From positions 1-24,359 of IMG/VR virus record IMGVR_UViG_3300049811_000251: DNA of 24,359 nucleotides, one strand, 5' to 3'. The stretch comes from a virus. This document shows positions 24,077 to 24,359 of this stretch, in pieces. The position numbers were made by a program, and so were the translations under genes. Below the pieces are notes generated by a model, which ran no database searches, was not told the DNA's origin, and saw nothing but the letters and a program-made list of their open reading frames with translations. Within the stretch, counting starts at the first letter, position 1. The number at the start of each line of letters is the position of its first letter.

Positions 24077-24137
24077 GTCCAATTGTTTGGAATTTTTGAG
24101 GTTTCTAGCACCGGGATTTCGTTTGGGGTATGCCGGT

Positions 24138-24165
24138 ATTATACACCATTACTAAACGAAAGCAA
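24138..24165 (-). promoter_or_regulatory. sigma70-type promoter TTGCTT-N16-TATAAT
   Basis: Consensus -10, in tandem with 24048-24076. Confidence 0.6.
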
Positions 24166-24176
24166 GTACATTTTTT

Positions 24177-24359
24177 CTAGATTTTTCGATTTGGTACAAC
24201 GTGCTCTATGAGCACAAAAATTGAATCTTGGTGTACTCGTATCTTACGATGCCTAACTTCTACTAATTGCGAATCATCTTGAAAAACTAATCCTTGCATA
24301 GCATCTGCTAAAGGTTTATTAAGATTATCTAAGTCTATCCGAGCTTCGTCCAAGAACCA
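24177..24359 (-). CDS. rusA: RusA-family Holliday junction resolvase, 3' end (not in track)
   Basis: DLDNLNKPLADAMQGLVFQDDSQL matches the RusA catalytic DxDNxxK...D...DD motif. Confidence 0.85.
   Translation of the reverse strand, partial: WFLDEARIDLDNLNKPLADAMQGLVFQDDSQLVEVRHRKIRVHQDSIFVLIEHVVPNRKI

Larger units (their letters stand above)
205..24091. repeat. dispersed 14-bp palindrome TCCA-N6-TGGA (consensus TCCAATCAATTGGA), ~33 copies
   Basis: Exact copies start at 205,561,648,1237,1674,2176,3112,4394,4660,5217,5742,5965,6519,8095,8407,9227,10441,11748,13942,15122,15577,16531,17507,18369,18719,19885,20801,21064,22088,22920,24078; near copies at 4236 and 23964. Confidence 0.95.

Noticed and set aside
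205-24091. Palindrome as merely a BstXI-type CCAN6TGG restriction site or a CRISPR-like repeat
   Set aside because: Flanks and core are also conserved, the site is enriched rather than avoided, and spacing is irregular and long.

Overview
This window looks like part of a large tailed bacteriophage genome. Nearly all real genes are on the minus strand, and the plus-strand ORFs in the track appear to be shadows. From left to right: (1) 1-4.3 kb, a visibly GC-richer array of small-gene cassettes, many with their own near-consensus sigma70 promoter and terminator (early/host-takeover-like); (2) 4.3-5.7 kb, a mostly non-coding, AT-rich, strand-skewed stretch with an iteron-like repeat array (candidate origin or terminus); (3) 5.7-17 kb, small AT-rich accessory genes (MazG-like, SAM methyltransferase, DUF4326, S4-like, several HTH/RHH proteins) interleaved with seven tRNA genes, two of which, tRNA-Arg(UCU) and tRNA-Leu(UAA), are split at position 34/35 by group I introns encoding HNH endonucleases; (4) 17-24.4 kb, a SWIM / SWIM-MoxR AAA+ / vWA module, paired HTH-coiled-coil genes, a DUF3102-like protein and the 3' end of a RusA resolvase. 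The most striking unexplained signal is a 14-bp palindrome, TCCA-N6-TGGA (consensus TCCAATCAATTGGA). I counted 31 exact and 2 near copies by eye, against about 0.4 expected. It occurs in both orientations, inside and between genes, and sits at about -61.5 or -43.5 relative to six promoters. Product calls come from motif recognition only; no database search was run.
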